The position numbers and the translations under genes are program-made. Shown one piece after another: positions 34,994 to 48,522 of a DNA stretch of 64,000 nt. The notes beneath the pieces were generated by a model. It did no database searches. It saw only the letters and a program-made list of their open reading frames with translations, and was not told the DNA's origin. The stretch's first letter is position 1, and each line of letters starts with the position of its first letter. This DNA is from Mobula hypostoma (Eukaryota): NCBI RefSeq assembly GCF_963921235.1, contig NC_086097.1:238702001-238766000 (forward strand), in the 5' to 3' direction.

Positions 34994-36637
34994 ATAGACA
35001 ATAGACAAGAGGTGCAGGAGTAGGCCATTTGGCCCTTCGAGCCAGCACCGCCATTCACTGTGATCATGGCTGATCATCCACTATCAATATCCAGTTCCTG
35101 CCTTATCCCCATAACCTTTGATTCCACTATCTTTAAGAGCTCTATCCATTTCTTTCTTGAAAGCATCCAGAGACTTGGCCTCCACAGCCTTCTGGGGCAG
35201 AGCATTCCATATATCCACCACTCTCTGGGTGAAAAAGTTTTTCCTCAACTCTGTTCTAAATGGCCTACCCCTAATTCTTAAACTGTGGCCTCTGGTTCTG
35301 GACTCACCCATCAGCAGGAACATGCTTCCTGCCTGCAGCGAGTCCAATCCCTTAATAATCTTATATGTTTCAATAAGATCCCCTCTCAGCCTTCTAAATT
35401 CCAGAGTATACAAGCCCAGTCGCTCCAATCTTTCGACATATGACAGTCTCGCCATCGCGGGAATTAACCTTGTGAACCTACGCTGTACTCCCTCAATAGC
35501 AAGAATGACCTTCCTCAAATTTGGAGATCAAAACTACACACAGTACTCCAGGTGTGGTCTCACCAGGGCCCTGTACAGCTGCAGAAGGACCTCTTTGCTC
35601 TTATACTCAATTCCCCTTGTTATGAAGGCCAGCATGCCATTAGCTTTCTTCACTGCCTGCTGTACTTGCATGCTTGCTTTCAGTGACTGATATACAGAAC
35701 ACCTAGATCTCGTTGTGCTTCCCCTTTTCCTAACTTGACTCCATTTAGGTAATAATCTGCCTTCCCGTTCTTACCACCAAAGTGGATAACCTCACACTTA
35801 TCCACATTAAATTGCATTTGCCATGCATCTGCCCACTCACCCAGCCTGTCCAAGTCACCCTGCATTCTCATAACATCCTCCTCACATTTCACACTGCCAC
35901 CCAGCTTTGTGTCATCGGCAAATTTGCTAAAGTTACTTTGAATTCCCTCATCTAAATCATTAATATATATTGTAAACAGCTGTGGTCCCAGCACTGAACC
36001 CTGCGGTACCCCACTGGTCACCGCCTGCCATTCCGAAAGGGACCCGTTAATCGCTACTTTTTGTTTTCTGTCAACCAGCCAATTTTCAATCCTTGTCAGT
36101 ACTCTTCCCCCAATACCATGTGCCCTAACTTTGCCCGCTAATCTCCTATGTGGGACTTTATCAAAGGCTTTCTGAAAGTCCAGGTACACTACATCCACTG
36201 GCTCTCCCTTGTCCATTTTCATAGTTACATCCTCAAATAATTCCAGAAGATTAGTCAAGCACGATTTCCCCTTCGTAAATCCATGCTGACTTGGACCAAT
36301 CCTGTTACTACTATCCAGATGTGTCGTAATTATAAAAGGTGAAATTGACTCCAGCATCTTTCCCACCAGCAACGTCAGGCTAACCGGTCTATAATTCCCT
36401 GTTTTCCCTCTTCCTCTCTTCTTGAACAGAGGGACAACATTAGTCACCCTTCAATCCACAGGAACTGATCCTGAATCTATAGAATATTGGAAAATGATTA
36501 CCAATGCGGCCACGATTTCTAAAGCCACCTCCTTAAGTATCCTGGGATGCAGACCATCAGGTCCCAGGGACTTATCAGCCTTCAGACCCAACAGCCTATC
36601 CAACACCATTTCCTGCCTAATATAAATTTCCTTCAAT
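34994..36637 (-). mobile_element. Relatively young CR1 LINE, 5'-truncated; RT domain open for 255 codons
   Basis: ORF 35680-36447 has [30 protein letters not shown] and KFADDTK; frameshifts separate it from 35084-35518; tail aatagacaatagacaa. Confidence 0.96.
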
Positions 36638-38063
36638 TCACTCAGTGTTTGTAATGTGTTTGTGGGACTTTGCAGAGAAATACTGTGTACATTACTAAAA
36701 AGTAATATGTAAGCACAGCAACTGCATGCAACACTTGGAGAGATTAATGGGTGTGTAGATAATATTGCACATAGATTTAGATCAAGTAAATGGTCCAAAT
36801 CAGGAGCTCCCAAAATGGGTGATATCCCCCCTGCCCTGGTGCCATGGGAGTTTCTAAGAGGGCGATAAAAGTAAAGGAGGTAATTGGGGAGGCACTCAGT
36901 AGCAAGGGAAGGCATCTGAGGAATTACAGGGTTAATTTAAAAAATGAATTACTAATCAGAAGTATTTGATCCCCAGTGCATCAGAATTGATTACAATGAT
37001 CATGTAATCATCTTATTAGTTGATAACTTATTATCCTCTTAAGACTTTTCTCAAAGCGTGTTATAGTTGTTGAAAAGCAATGTGACACTTCTGTATTTGG
37101 CATATCATGAGAAATCTGGACTGAAGAAATTGTGCTATTTCCAGGTCCAAGCCGCACAGCTTTGCCATTCATTACTATAGTACTGTATTAGCTAGTATGA
37201 TTCCCATACTTTAATCACGCAGTGACGCAATTCCTGTGAATTAGGATATGGCATTGAAAGGGGTACGGTCCAGATTTGCCTTTTCGAATGGTCTTGACTG
37301 AATTTCTACAGCCCACAGCCCAACTGAGATTTCACTGCCCCACTTTAGGTACCTTTAGACAGAGACTCGTTTTTCCTGAGCTATATTGATGTCATAACTT
37401 TCCCCTTTATTGATTTCAGCACTTGAGGTTTGATTTAAACAGTAGCCGATTGACCATAGTCGTCAATCCATAACAAAATAACAGAGGTAAAAGAAATAAG
37501 AAAGTATCTGAAATATGAATTATACCAACACCGAGCAGTCAACAGCAGCCAATATGTCAATTGTGTGAAAAAGTTATTTTTTCCAAGTGAGGCAACGAAA
37601 CCGTACAGGCTCTTTGAACATCTGAGGACAATACACTCTGATAAGGCAAACAAGGACTTGGCTTACTTTCAGTCACTTCCTGAAAGCTTTTAGAAACTGA
37701 AAACACACCAAAACATGATTGTCAGCACTTCGCAAGAAAACAGTGATGCTTTGTAGGCTTCATACAATGTTCTATTGCCCATTGCTAAAACTGGAAAGCC
37801 CCATACAATTGGAGAAGAGCTGATTCTGCCAACAGTAAGGGAGGATCTGAGTACAGTTTTGCATAAGTCACCAGGACAAATAATAAAAGTGATTCCACTC
37901 AGCACCAAAAATGTTCAAAGATGAATAGTTGAAATGCCTGAGAATATGGGAGATGCATTCTGAAACATACTTAGGACAACAGAATTTGCTCTGCAGTTGG
38001 ATCAGTCAACTTTACCAGGTAATAAATCTTTGTCTCTTGGTTATGTTTGCATCATAAAAGATG

Positions 38064-38827
38064 GTTTATGAAAAGAAGGCTTGCTTCTGAGATGCAAAAG
38101 GACTTGGGATTCCTTGTGCAGATCACCCTAAAGGTTAACTTGCAGGTTGAGTTGGTGGTGAGGAGCTTCAAATGCTATGATAGTATGCATTTGAAGAGGT
38201 CTCGAATACAAGAGCAAGGATGTAATGCTGAGGCTTTATAAGGCACTGGTGAAGCCTCACCTTGAGTACTGTGAACAGTTTTGGGCCCCTTATCTTAGAA
38301 AAGATGTGCTGGCATTGGAGAGGGTCCAGAGGAGGTTCACAAGGATGATTCAAAGAATGAAAGGTTTATCATACGAGGAGCATTTGATCACTTTGGGTTT
38401 GTATTCACTGGAATTCAGAAGGATGAGGGAGGAATCTCATTGAAACCTTTTGAACATTGAAAGGCCTGGACAGAGTAGATGTGGAAAGGATGTTTCCCAT
38501 GGCAGGAGAGTCTAGGACAAAGGGCACAGCCTCGGGATAGAGGAACGCCCTTTGAAAACAGAGATATGGAGAAATTTCTTCAGCCAAAGGGTGGTGAATT
38601 TGTGGAATTTGTTGCCACGTGCAGCTGTGGAGGCCAGGTCGCTGGGTGTATTTAAGGCAGAGATTGATAGGTTCTTGACTGGACATGGCATCAAAGGTTA
38701 CAGGGAAAAGGCCAGAAACTGGGGTTGAGGAGGAGAAAAAAAGGATCAGCCATGATTGAATGGCGGAGCAGACTGGATGGGCCAGATGTCCTAATTCTGC
38801 TCCTATGTCTTAAAGTCTTATGGTCTT
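38064..38827 (+). mobile_element. CR1 3' part inserted in the hAT transposase
   Basis: ORF 38225-38443; 10-bp TSD ataaaagatg at 38054-38063 and 38828-38837. Confidence 0.93.
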
Positions 38828-39829
38828 ATAAAAGATGAAACCATAGTTCAAGAGTTGTTATTTGCAAGGGGACTAGAAACAGATACCAAAGGAGACTCAA
38901 TATGTTGGGTGGTTGAGCAATTTTGCAAAGGAAGGTCATTCCGGCTAATAACATTCTTGCTTGTGTAACAGATGACCATCAATGACAGGATGTCAGCATG
39001 GGGTAATTACTTTGTACCTAACATATTTGTCATTCACAGTGAAGTGCATAAACATTTTGTCACAGAAAACCTAAGTGATTGGCTCCACAAATCATTAAAT
39101 GATTTTATTTACCACTGTAATAACAGCAAGTCCCATGCCCTCAGTATTCAATAATTTCAAGACTTTTGTATTACGAATGATGAACGATTTGAAAGTTTGC
39201 GGCTGCACACAGAAGTCAGATGGCTCTTGAAAGGAAACTGCCTAAGACACTTTTATACCCTTTTTGAAACTGTGATAAAATTGTTTGAAGACTCAAATGT
39301 TCCATTCAGTAATCAACTCAAGAATATCAAGCATTACATTGCTTACTTTTCTGGATTATTTGCTAAATTTAATGGAATCAATCTTCACTTGCAAGGAAAT
39401 GATGTGAATCTAAGTCAAAACTGTTGTCTCCACATTTCTAGCCAAGTTAACTCTATTGAAGTGCAACATTGGCAATTGTGACCCCTTCCAATATCCAAGC
39501 TTCTCTGAGTTGAAAAAGAAAAAAAAAATACCAGAAGATGTTCTTCAAATATACAGTGCCACCTGCCTGAGCTGTGTAAAGACACATCAAAGAGATTTCA
39601 GGATATTCTCTTAATCTAAATTCCAGATTGGCTAATACATCTATTCCTGAATACTTGTAATGAGGAATTAACAGAAAGAAAGGAGGAAGTACTGTTCTCA
39701 CTACAAAATGGCATTGAGCTGAAGCCAAGATTCAAAAAACCATATCAAGACTTTTAGTTGCAGAAAGGAATGTCTGAACGTTATTCTGCACTCTGGAATA
39801 AAGTCAAGATGTTCTTTATTGCTTTTTCC

Positions 39830-40207
39830 ACATTGAAACCTATCGAATGGTGAAAGGCCTTAATAGAGTGAATGTGGAGAGGATGTTTCCTATGATAGAG
39901 TCTAAGACCAAAGAACACAGCCTCATAATAGAGGGGTGTGGCTTGAGAATGGAGATGAGGACGAACTTCTTTCACCAAAGAGTGGTCAATCTGTAGAATT
40001 TGTTGCGACAGACAGCTGTGGAGGCCAAGTCTTTATGTATATTTAAAGAAGAGGTTGATAGATTCTTGATTGGTCAGGGCATGGAGGGATACAGGGAGAG
40101 GGCAGGAGATTGGGCTGAGAGGAATATTGGATTGGCTATGATGAAATGGTAGAGCAGACATGATGGGTTAAGTGGCCTAATTCTGCTCTTATGTCGTCTG
40201 GTCTTAA
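39830..40207 (+). mobile_element. CR1 3' end inserted in the hAT dimerisation-domain region
   Basis: Colinear with 38440-38827; interrupts the FP(T/H)..LVE motif. Confidence 0.85.
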
Positions 40208-41661
40208 ATTTAGTGGAGTGTGATTTCAGTGCAGTAGTCCAACTTCTTTCAAAGCAATGAAACATAATGCAAATGACTGAGCATGAGGATCTGAGCCTCC
40301 TTCTGATTGACATTTAGGCTGATGTTGAAAAGCTGCTATCACTACACCAAGCCCACCCACCTCATTGAAAGGTGAGAAAGCAATGAAGTAGTGAATAGTT
40401 GGACTACTAGTGTACACTCTAAGATTGTTGAAAATTGCTTTTACTGTAATTAAATAAAAATTTTGTAGCTTTAAAGAAATCTGAATAGTTCCTGAAATTA
40501 TTTGTCACTGTTTTGAACTTGCAGTTCCTATTTCCTTTCACTGCGCATCATACATCAAAATTCTTTATAGTTTTTAATGTCATGGCCAGAAAGGGAGAGG
40601 AAGGTGCTGGGAACATGGGCTGGGAGCAAAGGTACCCAAAAGAGGTTTGGGAACCTTTATACTTTATTGTCGCCGAACAATTGATACTAGAGTGTACAAT
40701 CATCACAGTGATATGGTTATATTATCCACACTCCATATATTGAGCTGAAATGATGTAATGGCCACCTGAGGAACAATGAGAATTTTAGCCATTGACATGG
40801 TAATACCACCACAGAAAAACAAAATAAAAATAATAGCTAGTGATTAAAGTTTGATGCAACCACATTAATATTTCAAAAGATTAGATTATGAGTCATGGAT
40901 TCAAGAAAGCACCAAAATTTTATGTCAATTTGCTGCAGGAAATTTTGCAATAATTCTTCCATGATAGCCAGAGACTATTTCTTCGGGCAGAATTCGCAAA
41001 AATGAGGGGACTTATTTTTAAGGAAATTGGAAAAATTATCGGGAGACATCAGAAGTAAATTTTTTTTTACACAGAGTGGTGGGTGTATGACAAATGCTGC
41101 CACAGGTGGTGGTAGAGACAAATACATTAGGGGAATTTAATAAAATATTAGATAGGTACATGGATTATAGAAAAATAGTGGGCTATCAAGTTTAGTGTCA
41201 ATCAACCCCCATATATATGTATACCACCAAACGAAACAATGTTCTTCCAGATGCACAATACATGCATATAACTCATGCACAACACAAAGTAATATGACAA
41301 GAAAGAAATTTACAAATAATACAATCTGTTCCAGAAGAGTGGCATTTAGCATAACAGGTATTTACGACACAAGTTAAAAAGTAAACAGTATAATGCTTCT
41401 GTCATTTCACACATGAAGAGACCTGGGTGGTGGGAGAGAGTTCAGCTGTCTCACGACCTGGGGGAAGAAGTTGTTTCCTATCTTAATATTCCTTGTCCTA
41501 ATGCCATGGTACATCCTGCCTGATGGTGGGGGGAGGGGGGGGGGTCAAAGAGGTTATGAGACAGATAGGAGGTAGCCTATGACATAGACACAATGCTGAG
41601 GGCCCCACATATGCAGCATTTCTGATAAATACCTCAGATAGCTATGTAGCAGGGAAGGGTT

Positions 41662-41740
41662 TGGGGTTCCCAACTTGAGGTCCGTGGACCCCTTGCTTAA
41701 TGGTATTTGTCGATTGCATGAGAAAGGTTGTGAACCCCTG
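41662..41740. mobile_element. Small hAT/Charlie-type MITE
   Basis: Imperfect TIRs ggggttcccaac ... gttgtgaacccctg; no clear 8-bp TSD. Confidence 0.55.
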
Positions 41741-42864
41741 GATTGATCTTACGTAGGTTAAAAATTTTGCACCATATCATGGGCTGAAGGGTCTGTACTG
41801 TTCTATAATGTTCTATGTTTTACATCAGTTCAAATTAATCAATACAAGGAAAATTATATAACATTATATAGATGGTGTCTGAGACAGTCTTCTTGCTCTT
41901 GCATTTGGTCTCGCTCTTCCTCAATGTTGTTGGAGGATGGAACCAATGTTCTGGATTTATGGATTGGACTGTAGTTTATTTGGAGTCTTTCAGTTTTATG
42001 TTTTTATATTTTGTGTTTTTGCTCATTCATTCTTGTTGCTGTTTACTTGATTTGTTTGATTATTTTTTGTATGATGTGGGGTTTGGGGTTTGATGGTCTT
42101 GTTGCCATTTGCACCATTTGTTTATTTTGCATGTGCAGGTGGGGTTTGAGGTTTTTCTTTGAAAAACTTGCATAGTTTTCTTTGTTTCGTGGCTGTCTGG
42201 AGAAGATGAATCTCAGAGTTGTATTCTGCATACATACTTCAATAATACTTTGAACCTTGAACTTTGAATGGAGTGGTACTATGCTGTTTGTACCCTAGGA
42301 AAAATCCTCAACTTTACGCTGAAATTAAATTACATGTTAATTGCCTTCTCAGTGAATAATTAGTCGCTTACAATATTCATATAGGTTACAAAACCAACTC
42401 ACCTGGAGATTTTCTGTCAAACAAGAATGTGGAAGGAAATCATGACACAACCTAACATTATTGTCTTTTTACAGATCAATGAACAGGAAAAAAAAGTTCC
42501 AAAGAAAGAAAATACTTTCTTCTTGTTTTCTATGGTTCTATAACAGTGCAATATCCTCTAGAGTACTTGTCATCCATTTTCTCAAACACTGACAATCAGA
42601 AGACAATCAATTTATTTCAATTTCTAATGCTTGTCACATAGAAGGTTGCCTGTATCACCTGGAGGTGTTAAGATGGTTAGAGCTATTCTTATTCTTAGGC
42701 AGCCTCTCAGGATCAAGAATGACTTGCTTCCACTGGAGATCTTGGCTTCTAAGGTGGTTGATGATACAGTGACAGGCTGCTTTTAGCTTTAACTTGTATG
42801 AATTGTTCAGTTAGATTTTTGAAATTTTGAAGGAAGCTCATTGAAAGTTAATGTTTAAAGCTAT

Positions 42865-45800
42865 TATAAGACCATAAAACTTAGGAACAGAACTAGGCCA
42901 GTTGGTGCATCGAGTCTACTCTGCCATTTGATCATAGCTGATCCATTTCCCTCTCAACTTCGTTATCCTGCATTTTCCATATAAGCTTTCATGCCCTGAT
43001 TTATCAAGAATCTAACTCCCCCCTTAAATACACCAATGACCTGGTTCCACAACTGCCTGTGGCAACAATTTCCATAGATTCACCATTATCTGCCTGAAGA
43101 AATTTGTCCTCATCTTTCTCTCAATTCTGAGGTTGTGCTGCCTAGTCCTAGATTCCCCCACCTTAGGAAACATCCTCTCCCCATCCACTCTGTCAATTAT
43201 ATCCGCCCACATTCTTCCAAATTCCACTGAGTACTGGCCCACAGCCATCAAATGGCTTCTCATATTGTAAGCCTTTCTATCATGTAATCATTTTTGTGAA
43301 CTTCCTTTGAACCTCCTCCAATGTCAGCAGATCCTTTTTTAGATAAGGGGCCTAAAATTGCTCACAATACTCCAAGTGAGGTCTTACCATTGCCTTATAA
43401 AGCCTCAGCATTTCATCTTTGTTTTTATTTTCTAGTCCTCTCAAAATGAATGCTAATATCGAATTTGCTTTCCTCACCACCAACTCAACCTGCAAATTAC
43501 TCTTCAGGGAATCCTGCAAAAGGACTCCCAAATCCCTCTGCACATCAGATCTTTGAAATTTCTCTCTGTTTAGAAAATGAGTCTACTCCTTTATTCCTTC
43601 AACAAAGTGCATGAGCATACACTTCTCAACACCGTATTTCATGTGCTATTTCTTTGCCCATTCTCCAATCTATGTCCTTCTGCAGCTTCTCTGCTTCCTC
43701 AACATTTCCTGTCCCTCCACCTATCTTCGTATTGGCCACAAAGCCAACAATTCCGTTATCCAAATCATTGACATATAACGTAAAAGGAAGTGGTCCCAAG
43801 ACTGACCCTGTGGAACGCCATTAGTCACTAGCAGACAATCAGAATTATTCCCATTCTTTGTCTCCTGCCACTCAGCCAATACTTCATTCATGCTGGTATC
43901 TCTCCTGTAATACTTATCTTGCTAAGCAGCCTCATGTGCGGCACCTTGTCAATGGCCTTCTCAAAATCAAAGTACACAACACCCACTAATTCTCCTTTGT
44001 CTTTGCTGCTTATTATTTCCTCAAAGAGTTTCATTAAATTTATCAGGCAAAAGCTTCCCTTAAGGAAACCATGCTGACTTTAGCCTATTTTATCATGTGA
44101 CTCCAAGTACCTTGAAAGCTCATTCTTAACAATTGACTCCAACATCTTCCCAATGACTGAGGTTAGGTTAACTGGCATATAGTTTCCTTTCTTAGGCTTC
44201 TCTCCCTGTTTGAAGAATGGAGTGACATTTGCAATTTTCCAGTCCTTGGGAACTATCAATTGATTCTTTAAAGATCAATACAAATGCCTCCTTAATCTCT
44301 TCAGCTACATCTTTCAGAACCCTGTAATCCATCTAATCCAGGTAATTTATCTTCCTTCAGACCTTTCAGCTTTCCAAGCACCTTCTCCTTTGTAATAACA
44401 ACTGCACTCACTGTTGCTCCCCGACACCGTTGAACTTCCGGCATGCTGCTGGTGTCTTTCACAATGAAGACTGATGCAGACTGCTTATTTAGTTTGTCCA
44501 CTATTCCCTTGTCCCCAGTACTATCTCTCCACTTTCCAGCAGTCTGATATCTACTCTCTCTTCTCTTTTACTCTTTTTATATCTGAAAAAATGTTTGGTA
44601 TCCTCTTTGATATTATTGGCTAGCTTACCTTAATATTTCATCTCTTCCTTCCTTATGTCTTCAGTGGGTTTTTAAAGCTAGCCAACCCTCTAACGTCTCA
44701 CTGACTTTGCTCTATTATATGTCCTCTCTTTTGCTTTCATGTTGGCTTTGATTTTCTTGTCAGCCAAGGTTGCATCATTCTGCCTCTAGAATTATTCTTT
44801 TTTTGGGATGTATCTATCTCGTGTCTCCCAAATTGCTCCCAGAAACTACAGCCATTGCTGCTTGTGTCCCCTTCCAATCAACTTTGGCTAGCTCCTCTCT
44901 CACGCCTCTAGTTCTCTTTATTTCATTGTAATAATGATACATTTGACTTTATTTTCTTCCTCTCAAATTGCAGGCTGAATTGTATCATATTATGTTCACC
45001 TATCCCTAGGGGTTCCTTTAGGTTAAGCTCCCTAATCAATTACAGTTTCTTAAACAACACCAAATCTAGAATAGCTGATCCCCTAGTTGGCTCAACCACA
45101 AGTTACTCTAAATATTCATCTCATAGGCATCTGCACCTTCTCTCTCTTGAGATCCAAAATCAGCACCAAACTAATTTTCTTGTACTGCCGAAGGGTTTTG
45201 GCCTGAAGCATTATCTGTACTTTTTCCATAGATGCTGCCTGGCCTGCTGAGTTCCTTCAGCATTTTGTGTGTGTGTTGCTCGGATTTCCAGCACCTGTAG
45301 ATTTTCTCTTATTTGTAATTTTCCTAATCTACCTGCATATTGAAATCACCCATGAGTATTGTAACATTACCTTTTGACATAAATTTTATTTCTCCCTTCG
45401 TAATTTGTAGCCCATATCCTGGCCACTGTTCAGAGGCCTGTATAGAACCCCCAAAAGAGTATTTTAATGCTTACACTCCCTTAACTCTACCCACAATGAT
45501 TATACATCTTCTGATCCTATGTCACCTCTTTCTAAGGATTTGATTTCACTTTTTACCAACAGAGCCATGCTACTCCCTCTGCCTACCTGCCTGTCCTTTC
45601 AATACAATGTGTATCCTTGGATGCTAAGCTCCCAACAATAATCCTCTTTCAGCTCTGACTCAGTGATGCCCGCAACTTGCAAATTTCTAACTGCTACAAG
45701 ATCATCTACCTTCTTTCATATTCTGCATGCATTCAAAAATAACACCTTCAGTCCTGTATTCATCACCCTTTTCTCCTTTGTCTTCCTGTTACACTTCAGC

Positions 45801-46735
45801 TCATCCCGCTAACTGCATCCCCTATCATCTGCCTGTCCTTCCTAACAGTCTCACTACACACTACCTCTGATTGTGTAACAACTATCCCATCCTCAGCCCT
45901 ATCACTCAGTTTCCCATCCCCCTGCCAAATTACTTTAAACCCTCTCCCACATTCCTAGCAAAACTACCCACAAGGATACTTGTCCCCCTTGGGTTCAGGT
46001 GTAACCCCTCCCTTTTGTACAAGTCATACCTGTCACAGAAGAGATCCCAATGCTCCAGAAATCTGAAACCATGCCCCACGCCAGTTGCTCAGCCTTGCGT
46101 TCACCTGTCAAATCACCCTGTTATTACCCTCACTGGCACGTGGCATAGGCAGCAATCCAGAGAATACTACCCCTGGAAGGTCCTGTTTCTCAGCGTTCTA
46201 CTTAGTTCCCTAAATTCTCCCTTCATTCCCTCCTCCTTTTTCCTACTTTTGTCATTGGTGCAAATGTATATGCCAAGACCTCTGGCTGGTCACCCTCCTC
46301 CTTTAGAATACTGTGGACAAGGTTCAAGATGTCATGAACCTTAGCACCTGGAAGGCGACATACCATCTGTATATCTCTGTGGACTCCACAGACTGCCATA
46401 TCTACTCCTCTACTTATGGAATCCCCTTGCACTACTGCAGTCCACTTCTCCTTTCTGAGCCACAGTGCCAGAGACCTGATTGTCCACCCCATCTCCCACC
46501 CCCCACAGCAGTGTCCAAAATGGTATACTTATTAGTGAGAGGAATGGCCACAGTGATACTTTGTGCAGTCTGCCCATTTCCTTTCCCACTCCTGACAGAC
46601 ACCAAGATACCTGTCTCCTGCAACTTAGGGGTGAGTACTTCCCTGTAGCTCTATCGATCACCTCCTCAGTGATGAGCCAAATGTCTTCGAGCTGCAGCTC
46701 CTGTTCCGTTACACATTTTCTGAGGAACCTGGTGT
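42865..46735 (-). mobile_element. Nearly full-length decayed CR1 LINE (ORF1 esterase, ORF2 EN-RT, tail)
   Basis: AVVQGDSISRGVD..MVCRLPGAKV (46223-46492), IPLTNKYTILDT, QRDLGVL..VRPHLEYCEQF (43352-43543); tail ataagaccataa. Confidence 0.92.
45180..45315 (+). mobile_element. Single-arm PLE-terminus insert inside CR1
   Basis: ctgccgaagggttttggcctgaagc (decayed hammerhead); 8-bp TSD taattttc at 45172-45179 and 45316-45323. Confidence 0.8.
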
Positions 46736-47139
46736 TGGATGGTTTATGCTCTCGATTAAAAATCTTCTGAAAAAACTTGTCTGAACTTCAAGTGACGTCA
46801 AGTAAAGGTTATGCCATGTGCTAATTAGACTGTGATAGCATTTTTACAATCGGTAGTTGTTCAGAAGATAGAACAGTTCTTTTATTCCACTGCCCTGTTC
46901 GCATTGAGATCATTTGATGGCCTCAGTGCTTCATCAGCATTACCATTCTGAACAAAATCACAAATTGAGTTTCCTAATGATCCTTGCATATTTTATCTCA
47001 TGCCACATTTTCCAATCAAAATATATCTATTTACTCGTGCCTTCTTTGGCTTTCTATTTACTTTTCCACCACCACACCCCCCAACCTCAACCCACTGCCT
47101 ACTGCACTACCCATGGAGAGTGTTCTTCCACAGCCACAT

Positions 47140-47592
47140 GAATGATCCTGGAAATGAAAGGGTACAAGGAGCGTTTGATGGTTCTGGGCCTGTACTCGGA
47201 GTTTAGAAGAATGAGGGGAGGTCTCATTGAAACCGATCAAAGATTGAAAGGCCTAGATAGAGTGGACATGGAGAGAATGCTTCCTATGGCGGGGCAATTC
47301 TCGGACCAGTGGCGGCAGCCTCGGATAAGAAGGACGTCCCTTTATAACAGAGTTAACAAGGAATTTCTTTAATCAGATGCTCCTGAATCTGTAGAATTCA
47401 TTGTCATAGATGGCTGCATAGGCCAAGTCATTGGGTATAGCTGAGCAGAGGTTGATAGATTCTTGATTGGAAAGGAACAAGGAAGGAGAAAGGAGTTGAG
47501 AGGTTTAATAAATCAACCATGATGGAATGGTGGAACAAACTTGATGGGCCAAAGAGCCTAATACTGCTCCTGAGGCTTCTGGTCTTATGGCT
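47140..47592 (+). mobile_element. CR1 3' end
   Basis: ORF 47142-47372 (LGLYSEFRRMRGGLIE..LKGLDRVD). Confidence 0.85.
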
Positions 47593-47604
47593 TACGAATT
47601 GAGT

Positions 47605-47694
47605 TAAATACACAGAAGTGTTGAAGGAACTCAGCAGCAGCTATGGAAGAGAGTAAACTGTCAACATTTTGGGCCAAGACTCTTCATCAGGACT
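47605..47694 (-). mobile_element. Single-arm PLE-terminus insert
   Basis: Minus strand agtc-CTGATGA-agagtcttggccc-AAAA-tgttgac; first core box intact, G12 lost. Confidence 0.75.
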
Positions 47695-48296
47695 GTGAAT
47701 CAAGTTAAATGCCCAGAGAGGGGAATGCACAGAAAACAGAAGCTCATGATGCTTAGCTGGCAAAGTGGGCAACATCACAAAATGTAATCCTGAGAGCAAT
47801 GATAAAGCTCGCAGGATATTGTATTGCAAACAGAATTTGACTGAATTGGTTACTATAAAGCAGCACGGATGATCATGTACAATGCCCATTAAAAAATCTC
47901 TGCTGTTATGAAACAGCATAGTTTGTGAGTCATCATGAGAAATGCTGCTATTATATAAAGATAATACTTAAAAATGCTGGATTTAGCATCAATTTCCTCT
48001 TAATATCAGCTCACTTTAAAGCAAAATGTATTTTGCATTAATTAACCATGGAAACAGACTATATTGACAAGTTAATAGACTGTCAAAAATAATATCTCTA
48101 CCTTGATGCCACACAATTTACTTCAGTTAACTTGGCTGGATGTTTTTTATGGCTAATTCTTCTGCCCCAAGTGTAACACTTTTTAAAATAAAATAAAATA
48201 CTCACAATGCAAATAGGTGATTTAGCAGTTACACTGTGAGATCAGGTAAATTTAAGAAATTTGCAGATTGACATCAAACTAACATGAAATTACTTC

Positions 48297-48522
48297 GCAA
48301 ACATGAGGAAATCTGCAGAGGCTGGAAATTCAAGCAGCACACACAAAATGCTGGTGGAACGCAGCAGGCCAGACAGCATCCATAGGAAGAAGCACGGTCG
48401 ACGTTTCGGGCCGAGACCCTTCCTGAGTCCTGACAAAGTGTCTCGGCCTGAAACGTCGACTGTGCTTCTTCCTATGGATGCTGCCTGGCCTGCTGCATTC
48501 CACCAGCATGTTGTGTGTGTTG
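48297..48522. mobile_element. Palindromic PLE-terminus insertion
   Basis: Inverted arms around 48425; agtc-CTGACAA...GAAACGTC-gact; 14-bp TSD catgaaattacttc at 48283-48296 and 48523-48536. Confidence 0.9.

Larger units (their letters stand above)
37430..40660 (+). mobile_element. hAT-superfamily Buster/Charlie-type (ZBED5/SCAND3-like) transposase fossil with two CR1 insertions
   Basis: BED finger PICQLCEK..KPYRLFEHLRTIH, then IAKTGKPHTIGEELILP, FALQLDQSTL, LHTEVRWLLKGNCL, LVECDFSAV; terminal gtttgggaacc near 40645 is TIR-like; many stops and frameshifts. Confidence 0.88.

Noticed and set aside
35680..36447. 255-aa RT ORF as an active or functional gene
   Set aside because: 5'-truncated CR1 lacking ORF1 and endonuclease, with frameshifts on both sides.
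41524..41544. G-rich runs here and at 57121-57148 as G-quadruplex elements
   Set aside because: Simple poly-G expansions inside decayed repeats with no evidence of function.
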